From: an uncultured Myxococcales bacterium
GTDB lineage: Bacteria; Myxococcota_A; Polyangia; Fen-1088
NCBI GenBank assembly: GCA_964540815.1
Contig: CAZIOH010000020.1
Span: 13,245-77,244 of the forward strand
Length of the DNA: 64,000 nt
Direction: 5' to 3'
Shown: positions 19,490-27,276 of the stretch, one piece after another
Numbering within the stretch: the first letter of the stretch is position 1
How the letters are laid out: every line of letters begins with the position of its first letter
Position numbers and translations under genes: made by a program
Notes under the pieces: model-generated
Seen by the model: only the letters and a program-made list of their open reading frames with translations
Told to the model about the DNA's origin: nothing
Databases searched by the model: none

Positions 19490-19526
19490 GCCAGGGAGAT
19501 GGGCTCCACCTTCACCTCGGAGGTGA

Positions 19527-20822
19527 CTAGAAGAAGATCGCCTGCGCGCCGAGCTGAACGGAGTTGGTGCTCGAGTATGAGCCGTTCGTCGGGGCGAAAG
19601 GTCCGAGCTTCGTGTAGCTGTATGTGGCGACCAACCGGAGCGCGGGGCCCTTGATGAGGTACGAGAGCCCAGCGTCGAGGTTCCAGGGGTTCGTGTCCGA
19701 GTTGCCTTTGATGCTCTCGTACTGGTACCTGACCATGGGCTGGATGTTGCCAATCCCGATGGTCGGGGTCGCATAAGCCAACAGCCCGTAGAAAGCGTCG
19801 CTCGCAGCTTTCACGCCATCGAGGACGTTGAAGTGATAGTAGGCCCCTTCCGCCGTGAACCAGCCGCCGCCGGGAATCTTCTTCTCGAACAGCACGTCGC
19901 CGTTGATGTCGGCCCAGTCCTTGTCGGCCGTGGCCGAGCTCGAGCCATGCGCCTGGTACTGTCCGCCGACCCCGATCGAGAGCATGTCCTTGTCGCCAAA
20001 GAAGCTCGCGTTGCCCCAGAACCCGGGCTCAGGGTCGAGCAGCGCCAACCGCAGGCGAGCGGTGTAAAGCGGGCTCTCCCCGACGTTTGCGTCGTCGAAG
20101 GCGCCAACCAGGTACGTGAGCATGCCACCCTGGATGTCACCCCACACGACGGCGCCGTTGCTGCGTCCAGATGGTCCCTCCTTTGGGCCGCTTCCCGCCA
20201 ATCCTGGATACCTCCAGGGGATCATGAAGAACGGGCCAGAGGCGTTCGCCCGATCCACCGGCACCAGCAGGTGGCCAGCCCAGAAGTGGAACTCGTCGGC
20301 GAAATCGAATGAGACGATGGCGTCCTCGATGGTGACCGCGCTCGCGCCGGCGCTGCTGAAGTCGACCATGTTGGCGTTCAGGTTCAGGGTCACGCCGACC
20401 TTCTTGTGGATCTTGCCGCCCGCGTGGAGCTCGACGTACTCGCTGTCCATGTGCCAGTCGTCGACCTTCGACTTGTCGGTGGCCCCCTGGAAGATACCTC
20501 CCACGCGCAACCAGGCACCCACGTCGATCGGCGGGAGCACGTCGGGACGGCTGGCGGGCATCGCCTCGGCCGAGGTGGGCGGCTTGGCCTCGGTCGCGAC
20601 CGCGGCCGGGGGAGTCACCACCGGCGGAGGAGGCGTCACGAGGACAGGAGGTGGCGCGGGAGGCGCCGCCATGGGAGGAGCGGGAGCCGCGGGAGGTTCA
20701 GCGGGGGGCGTCTGCGCTGCCGCTCGCGGGGTCCTGAGCGCACCGATTGAAACCGCCATCCCCAACGTCGCTATGCACGTCCTGGCAATGCCTGGTACCC
20801 TGCTACTCCTCTTTTCGAGCAT
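19527..20822 (-). CDS. Outer-membrane beta-barrel porin (C-terminal Phe), with Pro/Ala-rich N-terminal linker
   Basis: ATG at 20822. MLEKRSSRVPGIARTCIATLGMAVSIGALRTPRAAAQ is a signal peptide. Residues alternate amphipathic beta-strands and the protein ends QLGAQAIFF, a terminal aromatic typical of OMPs. It resembles phosphate-selective porin O/P-like proteins. Confidence 0.7.
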   Translation of the reverse strand: MLEKRSSRVPGIARTCIATLGMAVSIGALRTPRAAAQTPPAEPPAAPAPPMAAPPAPPPVLVTPPPPVVTPPAAVATEAKPPTSAEAMPASRPDVLPPIDVGAWLRVGGIFQGATDKSKVDDWHMDSEYVELHAGGKIHKKVGVTLNLNANMVDFSSAGASAVTIEDAIVSFDFADEFHFWAGHLLVPVDRANASGPFFMIPWRYPGLAGSGPKEGPSGRSNGAVVWGDIQGGMLTYLVGAFDDANVGESPLYTARLRLALLDPEPGFWGNASFFGDKDMLSIGVGGQYQAHGSSSATADKDWADINGDVLFEKKIPGGGWFTAEGAYYHFNVLDGVKAASDAFYGLLAYATPTIGIGNIQPMVRYQYESIKGNSDTNPWNLDAGLSYLIKGPALRLVATYSYTKLGPFAPTNGSYSSTNSVQLGAQAIFF

Positions 20823-21049
20823 ACCTATCCTGTTCTCGTGATCGCACGTCAATTCGATAAGCTGGCGGCCGCACGGACAACAACGCGATCGGCGCGCATC
20901 GGGGCCCCGGTGGCTTCGCTTCGACGCGATCACAGTCGCCGAAGGATTTGCCGCCGTGCTGTGGTTGGCGGCGACGATAGCGAGCCTGAGTTAACGCATG
21001 ATTTCGGATTCGTTCGTTCGTCGTTAATTCGGTAGGCGAGTGGCGTCAG

Positions 21050-22369
21050 GTGTGCGATTCACCAAATGCGCGTCGGGCGGATCGGGCTGGTCGGGCCGTT
21101 CGAGCCTCGATCGCGGTCTCCCTCGTGTCCCTGTCCGCGCTGGCATCGACCCTCGACGCCTGGGCCGGCGTCGCCGAGCGGGGAGCCGACCTCTCCGCGG
21201 TGTATGACGGCGAGGGCCTGGCGAACGCACGGGGAGGGGAGAGCCGGGGAGGCGTCTACCTCGGGGCTCTGCACGTCCTGCTCGCGGTGGATGGCGATCG
21301 CTTGCTCGGCTGGCCAGGCTCCACGCTGTTTCTCAATGGCCTCGTGATCCACGGCGGTCACCCGAGTGGCGTGGTGGGGGACGCGCAGGGGGTCAGCAAC
21401 CTCGAAGCACCTGCCGGCTGGCAGATCTACGAGGCCTGGCTCCAGCAAAACCTGTCCGGCAATCGGCTGTCGCTGCTGATCGGTCGCTACGATCTCAACA
21501 CCGAGTTCTATCGTCTGCAATCCGCGAGCCTGTTTCTGAACAGCTCGCTCGGTGTCGGCCCCGAATTCGCCCAGAGCGGTCAGGCTGGACCTTCCATCTT
21601 TCCAGATCCGGCCGTCGGAGCGCGCCTGGCCGTCAAGCCCACCCCGAATAGCGTGGTTCGCGCCGCCATCCTCGACGGCGTCCCGATCGATCGCCCGGGG
21701 CGCCCCGGAGGCCCGGCCGAGACGCGCGGCGCATTCCGGCGCGGAGATGGGTTGCTCCTGGTCGGGGAGGTGGCGCTGCTCACCCGTCCGATCTCGGGTG
21801 CTGCCCTCCCCTCCGGCGGGACGAGGTTCAGGATCGGCCGCGGTCCCGCCTATCGCCCTTACGAGGGAAAGATCGCGGTTGGAGGCTGGCTCTACACGGC
21901 GGCCTTCGATGATCTGAGCGCGCAGGATCTCGAGGGCAACCCCGTTCGGCATCGAGGCAGCGCCGGTGCCTACGTCGTCGGAGACGGGCTCTTGTACCGC
22001 AGCACCGTCCATCCCGGGCGCGAGCTCAGGATCTTTGCGGAAGCGGGACTGGGGGACGCCCGGGTGAATCGTTTCGGCGCCTACGTCGGCGGCGGCGTGA
22101 CGTTCGCAGGACTCTGGCCGGCGCTGGAGAACGATGAGCTGGGCTTGGCCGTCGCCCAGGCCCGAAACGGTTCACATTTCCTCGAGCTCGAGGGGAGGCA
22201 GGACATCGCGGCGAACCGCGCGGAGACCACCGTCGAGCTCACCGACCTGTTTCAGGTCGGCACGCACCTGGCCATTCAGCCGGACCTGCAGGTCGTGGTG
22301 CATCCGGGGACGGATCCGACCCGACAGGACGCGATCGTCCTCGGCCTGCGCTTCGAGGCCTCCTATTGA
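21050..22369 (+). CDS. Carbohydrate-selective porin, OprB family
   Basis: GTG at 21050 (start uncertain). Signal-like RAVRASIAVSLVSLSALASTLDAWA. OprB-family motifs DGEGLANARGG, LFLNGLVIHGG, WLQQNLSGNRLSLLIGRYDLNTEFY and C-terminal LGLRFEASY. Confidence 0.75.
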   Translation: MCDSPNARRADRAGRAVRASIAVSLVSLSALASTLDAWAGVAERGADLSAVYDGEGLANARGGESRGGVYLGALHVLLAVDGDRLLGWPGSTLFLNGLVIHGGHPSGVVGDAQGVSNLEAPAGWQIYEAWLQQNLSGNRLSLLIGRYDLNTEFYRLQSASLFLNSSLGVGPEFAQSGQAGPSIFPDPAVGARLAVKPTPNSVVRAAILDGVPIDRPGRPGGPAETRGAFRRGDGLLLVGEVALLTRPISGAALPSGGTRFRIGRGPAYRPYEGKIAVGGWLYTAAFDDLSAQDLEGNPVRHRGSAGAYVVGDGLLYRSTVHPGRELRIFAEAGLGDARVNRFGAYVGGGVTFAGLWPALENDELGLAVAQARNGSHFLELEGRQDIAANRAETTVELTDLFQVGTHLAIQPDLQVVVHPGTDPTRQDAIVLGLRFEASY

Positions 22370-23847
22370 TTCTGATTCGATGGCAGCTGTGCGGTGGGGG
22401 GCGCCACGAAGCGGATATCCTGGTGCCGGGTCACGCCGCTCGCGTCGTCGGAGACATCGAGCCCGAAGGTGAGCCCGGGCCGGGCCAGGCGTTGCTCGAG
22501 CGTGATGACGAGCGGGACCCGCGTGTCGCCGAGCGGTGGGAGCTCGACCGCGGTCTGCCCCAGGCGGACGTCGGCTGGCACGCCGGCCGGGTTGACGGGG
22601 GCCAGGTGAAAACGAGCCGCGACGCCGCGCTTGTTGGTGAGGTGCACCTCCACCTGGTTGCGGATGCGGGCACCGTCGATGACCCAGGGGACGCCCGGCT
22701 GACGGACCACGATGGCCTGGAATGGGCTTCGGGACCCGATGGCCAGCCCGGCGGCGGTCACGGCGATGAAGGCCGCCGCCGCGTAGACGTAGAGGCGCGG
22801 GCGCAGGACGCGGGTGGGATGACCGGCGAGCTGGTTGAGCGAAGCGTAGCGGATGAGCCCGGTCGGCCGCTTGACCTTGGTCATGACCTCGTCGCAGACG
22901 TCGATGCACTGGGCGCAGGCCAGGCACTCCATCTGCAATCCCTTGCGGATGTCGATGCCGGTCGGGCAGGCCACCACGCAGAGCTTGCAGTCGATGCAGT
23001 CGCCCTTCGGACTGGCGGCGCCGGACGGCTGCTTCACCTCCGTGGCCAACGTGGCCACCTTGGCCACGTTGGCCTCCTTGTGGAGCTTGCCGCGCGGCTC
23101 GCCGCGCTTGACGTCGTAGCCGATGACGATGGAGTCGCGATCGTGCAGGACGGACTGCATGCGCCCGTAGGGACACAGCACCACGCAAAATTGCTCGCGA
23201 AACCACCCGAAGTTGAAGTAGAGCGCGCCGGTCACCATCACCGCCCAGGTGAAGGTGGTGGGATGCTTGGCTGGCCCCTCCCGGACCATCGCGATGAGAT
23301 CCGACGCCGAGACGAACAGGCTGAGCGCGGCGTGAGAGATGAGCAGGGACACCGCCAGGTAGAGCGCGTGCTTGGCGCAGAGGCGCAAGACGCGCACCGC
23401 GGTCCAGGGCGAGCCGGGCAGCTTGACCCGCCTCGACCGCGGGCCGTCGATCAGGCGTTCGATCGGCCGATACACGGCCTCGAGGAACACGGTCTGGGGG
23501 CACCCCCAGCCGCACCAGGCGCGGCCGCGCCAGGCGGTGAGGAAGAGCAGGCTGAAGGCCACCGCGGTGGCCAGGAAGGCAACGATCCAGAAGTCCTGGG
23601 CGTTGAAGCTGGCGCCGAACAGAAAGAAGCGGCGTCGCGCGACGTCGAGGTGAATCGCCGGGTGACCGCCGATGTGGACCACCGGCGCCGCCAGGTAGAG
23701 CGCGATCAGGCCGGCGAACACCACCCGCCGCGCCCGGATGAAGCGCCCCCGGACGTCGACCGTGTGGATCGCCACGCGACGCCCGTCGGGGCGCAGCGAC
23801 GACACCTCGAGCTCGGTCGCGGCGGGGGGCACGGGCGCGGTTTGCAC
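22363..23847 (-). CDS. ccoG: cbb3 oxidase accessory protein CcoG/FixG (4Fe-4S ferredoxin-type membrane protein)
   Basis: Real start is inferred at GTG 23847, overlapping the ccoP stop by 1 nt. The track ORF extends 240 aa further in a frame that overlaps ccoP. Motifs: WCGWGCPQT, two ferredoxin clusters CIDCKLCVVACPTGIDIRKG and CLACAQCIDVCDEVM. Confidence 0.85.
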   Translation of the reverse strand: MQTAPVPPAATELEVSSLRPDGRRVAIHTVDVRGRFIRARRVVFAGLIALYLAAPVVHIGGHPAIHLDVARRRFFLFGASFNAQDFWIVAFLATAVAFSLLFLTAWRGRAWCGWGCPQTVFLEAVYRPIERLIDGPRSRRVKLPGSPWTAVRVLRLCAKHALYLAVSLLISHAALSLFVSASDLIAMVREGPAKHPTTFTWAVMVTGALYFNFGWFREQFCVVLCPYGRMQSVLHDRDSIVIGYDVKRGEPRGKLHKEANVAKVATLATEVKQPSGAASPKGDCIDCKLCVVACPTGIDIRKGLQMECLACAQCIDVCDEVMTKVKRPTGLIRYASLNQLAGHPTRVLRPRLYVYAAAAFIAVTAAGLAIGSRSPFQAIVVRQPGVPWVIDGARIRNQVEVHLTNKRGVAARFHLAPVNPAGVPADVRLGQTAVELPPLGDTRVPLVITLEQRLARPGLTFGLDVSDDASGVTRHQDIRFVAPPTAQLPSNQNQ

Positions 23848-24434
23848 TACTCCACCGCCGTGCCCTGCGGCGGCCGGCCGGGCAGGTTCTGGCCCTTGAG
23901 CGAGATGACGAAGGCCGCCACCGAGCGCACCCGCCCCGCCCCCAGCACCGGCCCCCACGGGCGCATCCCCTTCTCGGGGTAACCACCCGTGACCGACTTG
24001 TGGATGTCGACCGGTGCGCCCCCGTGCAGCCAGAACTTGTCGGTGAGGTTGGGACCGACCACCCCCTGGGCCATGGCGCCGTGGCAGGGCGCGCAGGTGG
24101 ACAGGAAGACCTGCTTGCCTTCTGCCACGGTCTTCGGATCGCGGCTCAGCACCAGCAGGCTCTCGTTCGAGACCGGACCGCTCTCGGCGCGCTTCTTGGC
24201 AGCCTCGGCGATCTCGGCCCGGAAGGTGGCGAGGGGGCCGGGCTCGGAGCCCGTCACCTCGTAGACGAACCAGTAGCCGAAGGCAAAGACGATGGCGCCG
24301 AGCAGGATGGTGAGCCACCAGTTCGGCAGGTGGTTGTCCTCCTCCTCGATGTCGTCGTAGACGTGGATGACCTGATTGTCGGTCGAGATGATCGAGCGGG
24401 GCGGTGCGCTGGGGTCGTGTGCGGGCGCGGTCAT
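23847..24434 (-). CDS. ccoP: cbb3 oxidase subunit III (CcoP/FixP)-like, monoheme
   Basis: ATG at 24434 overlaps the ccoQ stop (ATGA). N-terminal DDIEEEDNHLPNWW plus a TM helix is the FixP_N domain. Only one CxxCH (CAPCHG), whereas canonical CcoP has two. Confidence 0.8.
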   Translation of the reverse strand: MTAPAHDPSAPPRSIISTDNQVIHVYDDIEEEDNHLPNWWLTILLGAIVFAFGYWFVYEVTGSEPGPLATFRAEIAEAAKKRAESGPVSNESLLVLSRDPKTVAEGKQVFLSTCAPCHGAMAQGVVGPNLTDKFWLHGGAPVDIHKSVTGGYPEKGMRPWGPVLGAGRVRSVAAFVISLKGQNLPGRPPQGTAVE

Positions 24435-24730
24435 CGGCGGGCTCCCTGGTGATCTCCGTGGCGATCTCCGTGACGATCTCCGTGACGATCTCCGTGACGA
24501 TCTTGGCGGCGGTCCCGATGGTGGTCGCGGGCGCGTGGCTCCGCGGGGGCGCGCACGCGCTCGTGTTCGTCATCGAGGGGCAGGCGCGACACCGCCTCCA
24601 GCTCCTTGCGCCGCGATCTCAGCGACACCCGGGCCACCGCCGCGACGAAGGTGAGCATGAAGAGCAGCATCGCCAGCACCGGCAGCGCGGCGAAGTGCAT
24701 CCCCGAGTAGAAGCGAGCGTACATCGACAT
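24431..24730 (-). CDS. ccoQ: CcoQ/FixQ-like small membrane subunit with a C-terminal (HGDR)n repeat extension
   Basis: ATG at 24730, 3 nt after the ccoNO stop. MSMYARFYSGMHFAALPVLAMLLFMLTFVAAVARVSLRSRRKELEAVSRLPLDDE matches FixQ (TM helix + SRRK ... PLDDE). A 45-aa tail follows: RDHHRDRRQDRHGDRHGDRHGDRHGDHQGARR, encoded by a 12-bp tandem repeat at 24451-24510. Confidence 0.65.
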   Translation of the reverse strand: MSMYARFYSGMHFAALPVLAMLLFMLTFVAAVARVSLRSRRKELEAVSRLPLDDEHERVRAPAEPRARDHHRDRRQDRHGDRHGDRHGDRHGDHQGARR

Positions 24731-24733
24731 GGG

Positions 24734-27100
24734 CTAGTTCCCTCCGCCGACCGTGGTCGGGTTGCCGCTGCCGGTGCGCGGGACGGCCATCTGCGAGACA
24801 GCCGGACCGGCGACGGTCGCCTTGACGCCCACGTCGCGCCCGAGGCGCTGCAGGTACGAGATGAGCGCGACCATCTCGCTGTCCCAGGCCACGGTCACGC
24901 CCTGCGACGCGAGATCGGCGACCACCACCTCGGCCTGCGTGTGCTGGGCTACCTCGGCCCCGTCGATCTCGGCGTTGGTGTAGGGCACGCCGAGCTTCTG
25001 CATCAGCGCCAGCTTCGATCGGCCGAGCTTGACGTCCACCCGATCCTCCGCCAGCCACTTGAACGACGGCATGTTCGAGCCCGGGCTGGTCGAGCGCGGA
25101 TCCATAAGGTGGGCATAGTGCCAGAGGCTCGGGTAGCGCCCGCCCAGGCGGTGCAGGTCGGGGCCGGTGCGCTTCGAGCCCCACTGGAACGGGTGGTCGT
25201 AGATGAACTCCTCGGGCTTGGAGTAATCGCCGAAGCGGGCGGCGTCGGCGCTGAGGGTGCGCACCATCTGCGAGTGGCAGACGTAGCAGCCCTCGCGGAC
25301 GTACAGATCCCGCCCCTGCAGCTCGAGCGCGGTGTACGGCTTCTGGGCGTTCTCGCCGTGGGCCGGGACCGCCTGCTGCACCAGCAACGTCGGCAGCAGC
25401 TCGGCCATTCCCCCCACCAGGATCGCCACCAGGGTGAGGACGGTGAACGCCAGGGGACGCCGCTCGATCAGGCCGAACCACGAGGGCTTCCCCGCCTCGG
25501 CGTCGCGCCGGGCCAGGATCCACGCCAGCTCGCCGAGCAGGATCACGAAGCCGATCACCACCACCGCCCGCATCGGCTGCACGAACCCCAGCAGGCTCAC
25601 CGCCAGGACCCCGACCAGCGAGAACCACAACGGGCGCCCGGCCAGCACCGCCACCACGCCGGGCTGCGGTCCTCCCGGCTCCTCCACCGCCACCTCGGTC
25701 GTCACCGTCACCGGGCGCCCCGAGCGCGCGGTGACCACCAGGTTCAAGGCCATCATGATGAAGCCGGTGAGGTACATGAGGCCACCCAGCGCCCGCACCA
25801 TGTACATGGGGCGGATGGCCATCACCGTCTCGACGAAGCTGGGGTAGACCAGCGTGCCGTCGGGGTTGGTGGCGCGCAGCATCAGGCCCTGCTGCGCGCT
25901 CGAGACCCACATGGCGATGACGTAGAGGATGATGCCGAGGGTGGCGAGCCAGAAGTGCGCGTCGGCCGCCCGGGTCGAGTGCAGCTTGGTTCCATAGAGG
26001 CGGGGGACCAGCCAGTAGAACATCCCCGCCGCCATGAACCCGTTCCAGCCGAGCGCGCCCGAGTGCACGTGGCCGATGATCCAGTCGGTGTAGTGGGCGA
26101 GGGCCGAGACCGACTTGATCGAGAGCAGCGGGCCCTCGAAGGTCGCCATGCCGTAGAAGGTCACCCCGGCGGCGAAGAACTTGAGGACCGGATCCTCGCG
26201 CAGCTTCTGCCAGGCGCCGCGCAGGGTGAGCAGCCCGTTGAGCATGCCGCCCCAGGAAGGCGCCCAGAGCATGATCGAGAACACCATCCCGAGCGACTGC
26301 GCCCACTCCGGAAGCGCGGTGTTGAGCAGGTGGTGGGGCCCGGCCCAGATGTACATGAAGACCAGGGCCCAGAAGTGGATCACCGAGAGCCGGTAGGAGT
26401 AGACCGGGCGGCCCGCCGCCTTGGGCAGGAAGTAGTACATGATGCCGAGGATCGGCGTGGTGAGGAAGAAGGCCACCGCGTTGTGCCCGTACCACCACTG
26501 CACCAGGGCGTCCTGGACACCGGAGTAGATCGAGTAGCTCTTGGTGGCGTTGAGGGGGAGCTCCAGGCTGTTCACGATGTGCAGGACCGCCACCGTGATC
26601 ACCGTCGAGATGTAGAACCAGATGGCCACGTAGAGGTGCTTCTCGTTGCGGCGGGCGATGGTCCAGAAGAAGTTGATCGCGAAGATCACCCACACGATGG
26701 CGATGGCGATGTCGATCGGCCACTCGAGCTCGGCGTACTCCTTGGAGGTGGTGATCCCGAGGGGCAGGGTGATGGCCGCCGCGACGATGATCAGCTGCCA
26801 TCCCCAGAAGTGGACGCGCGAGAGCACGTCGGAGGCCATGCGGGCCTTGAGCAGGCGCTGCATCGAGTAGTACACCCCCGCGAACATCATGTTGCCGACG
26901 AAGGCGAAGATGACCGCGTTGGTGTGCAGCGGACGGATGCGCGAGAACGTCAGGTACTTGATCCCGGCGTTGACCTGCCAGAAGGCCATCTCGGTGGCGA
27001 TCAGCACCCCCACCAGCATCCCGACGATGCCGAACAGGATGGAGGCGAAGATGAACTGACGAACTACGGTGTCGTTGTACTCGATGTGTTTCGTTTGCAT
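24734..27100 (-). CDS. ccoNO: Fused cbb3-type cytochrome c oxidase subunits I+II (CcoN-CcoO fusion)
   Basis: ATG at 27100 gives MQTKHIEYNDTVVRQF (canonical CcoN start). 12+ TM helices carry the heme-copper His ligands (WWYGHN, HHLLNT, IGHVHSGALG). After a linker and two extra TM helices comes the CcoO domain with REGCYVCHSQMVR. 788 aa. Confidence 0.9.
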   Translation of the reverse strand: MQTKHIEYNDTVVRQFIFASILFGIVGMLVGVLIATEMAFWQVNAGIKYLTFSRIRPLHTNAVIFAFVGNMMFAGVYYSMQRLLKARMASDVLSRVHFWGWQLIIVAAAITLPLGITTSKEYAELEWPIDIAIAIVWVIFAINFFWTIARRNEKHLYVAIWFYISTVITVAVLHIVNSLELPLNATKSYSIYSGVQDALVQWWYGHNAVAFFLTTPILGIMYYFLPKAAGRPVYSYRLSVIHFWALVFMYIWAGPHHLLNTALPEWAQSLGMVFSIMLWAPSWGGMLNGLLTLRGAWQKLREDPVLKFFAAGVTFYGMATFEGPLLSIKSVSALAHYTDWIIGHVHSGALGWNGFMAAGMFYWLVPRLYGTKLHSTRAADAHFWLATLGIILYVIAMWVSSAQQGLMLRATNPDGTLVYPSFVETVMAIRPMYMVRALGGLMYLTGFIMMALNLVVTARSGRPVTVTTEVAVEEPGGPQPGVVAVLAGRPLWFSLVGVLAVSLLGFVQPMRAVVVIGFVILLGELAWILARRDAEAGKPSWFGLIERRPLAFTVLTLVAILVGGMAELLPTLLVQQAVPAHGENAQKPYTALELQGRDLYVREGCYVCHSQMVRTLSADAARFGDYSKPEEFIYDHPFQWGSKRTGPDLHRLGGRYPSLWHYAHLMDPRSTSPGSNMPSFKWLAEDRVDVKLGRSKLALMQKLGVPYTNAEIDGAEVAQHTQAEVVVADLASQGVTVAWDSEMVALISYLQRLGRDVGVKATVAGPAVSQMAVPRTGSGNPTTVGGGN

Positions 27101-27276
27101 GGGCTTGTCGTCTCGGGCGTGGTCTGAGGAGTTGCCGGGTCGTCCTCTTCGAGAGGCACCAGGGAGAGCCGATCGGCGTGATCGAATTCGCGCTGCCGGA
27201 CGCTGAAGATGAAGAGCACCAGGGAGCCGGCCACCAGGATCAGGCTGACGAACACCTGCATGGCGATGATGCTCAT
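27064..27276 (-). CDS. ccoS: cbb3 oxidase maturation protein CcoS/FixS (small membrane protein)
   Basis: ATG at 27276 overlaps the ccoI stop (ATGA). MSIIAMQVFVSLILVAGSLVLFIFSVRQREFDHADRLSLVPLEED matches the CcoS pattern (single TM + RxGQFDD-like + acidic end). The track ORF 27064..29415 hides it inside an antisense frame of ccoI. The 3' end overlaps the ccoNO start by 37 nt. Confidence 0.7.
   Translation of the reverse strand: MSIIAMQVFVSLILVAGSLVLFIFSVRQREFDHADRLSLVPLEEDDPATPQTTPETTSPCKRNTSSTTTP

Noticed and set aside
24451-24510. Possible CRISPR array, given the regular 12-bp direct repeats
   Set aside because: The repeats are contiguous with no spacers and sit in frame within ccoQ. The 21-bp repeats at 49820-49924 likewise encode a heptad coiled coil.
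22363-24573. 736-aa track ORF suggesting a much longer CcoG
   Set aside because: The N-terminal 240 aa overlap ccoP in another frame and are low-complexity. CcoG homology begins at the GTG at 23847, which abuts the ccoP stop.
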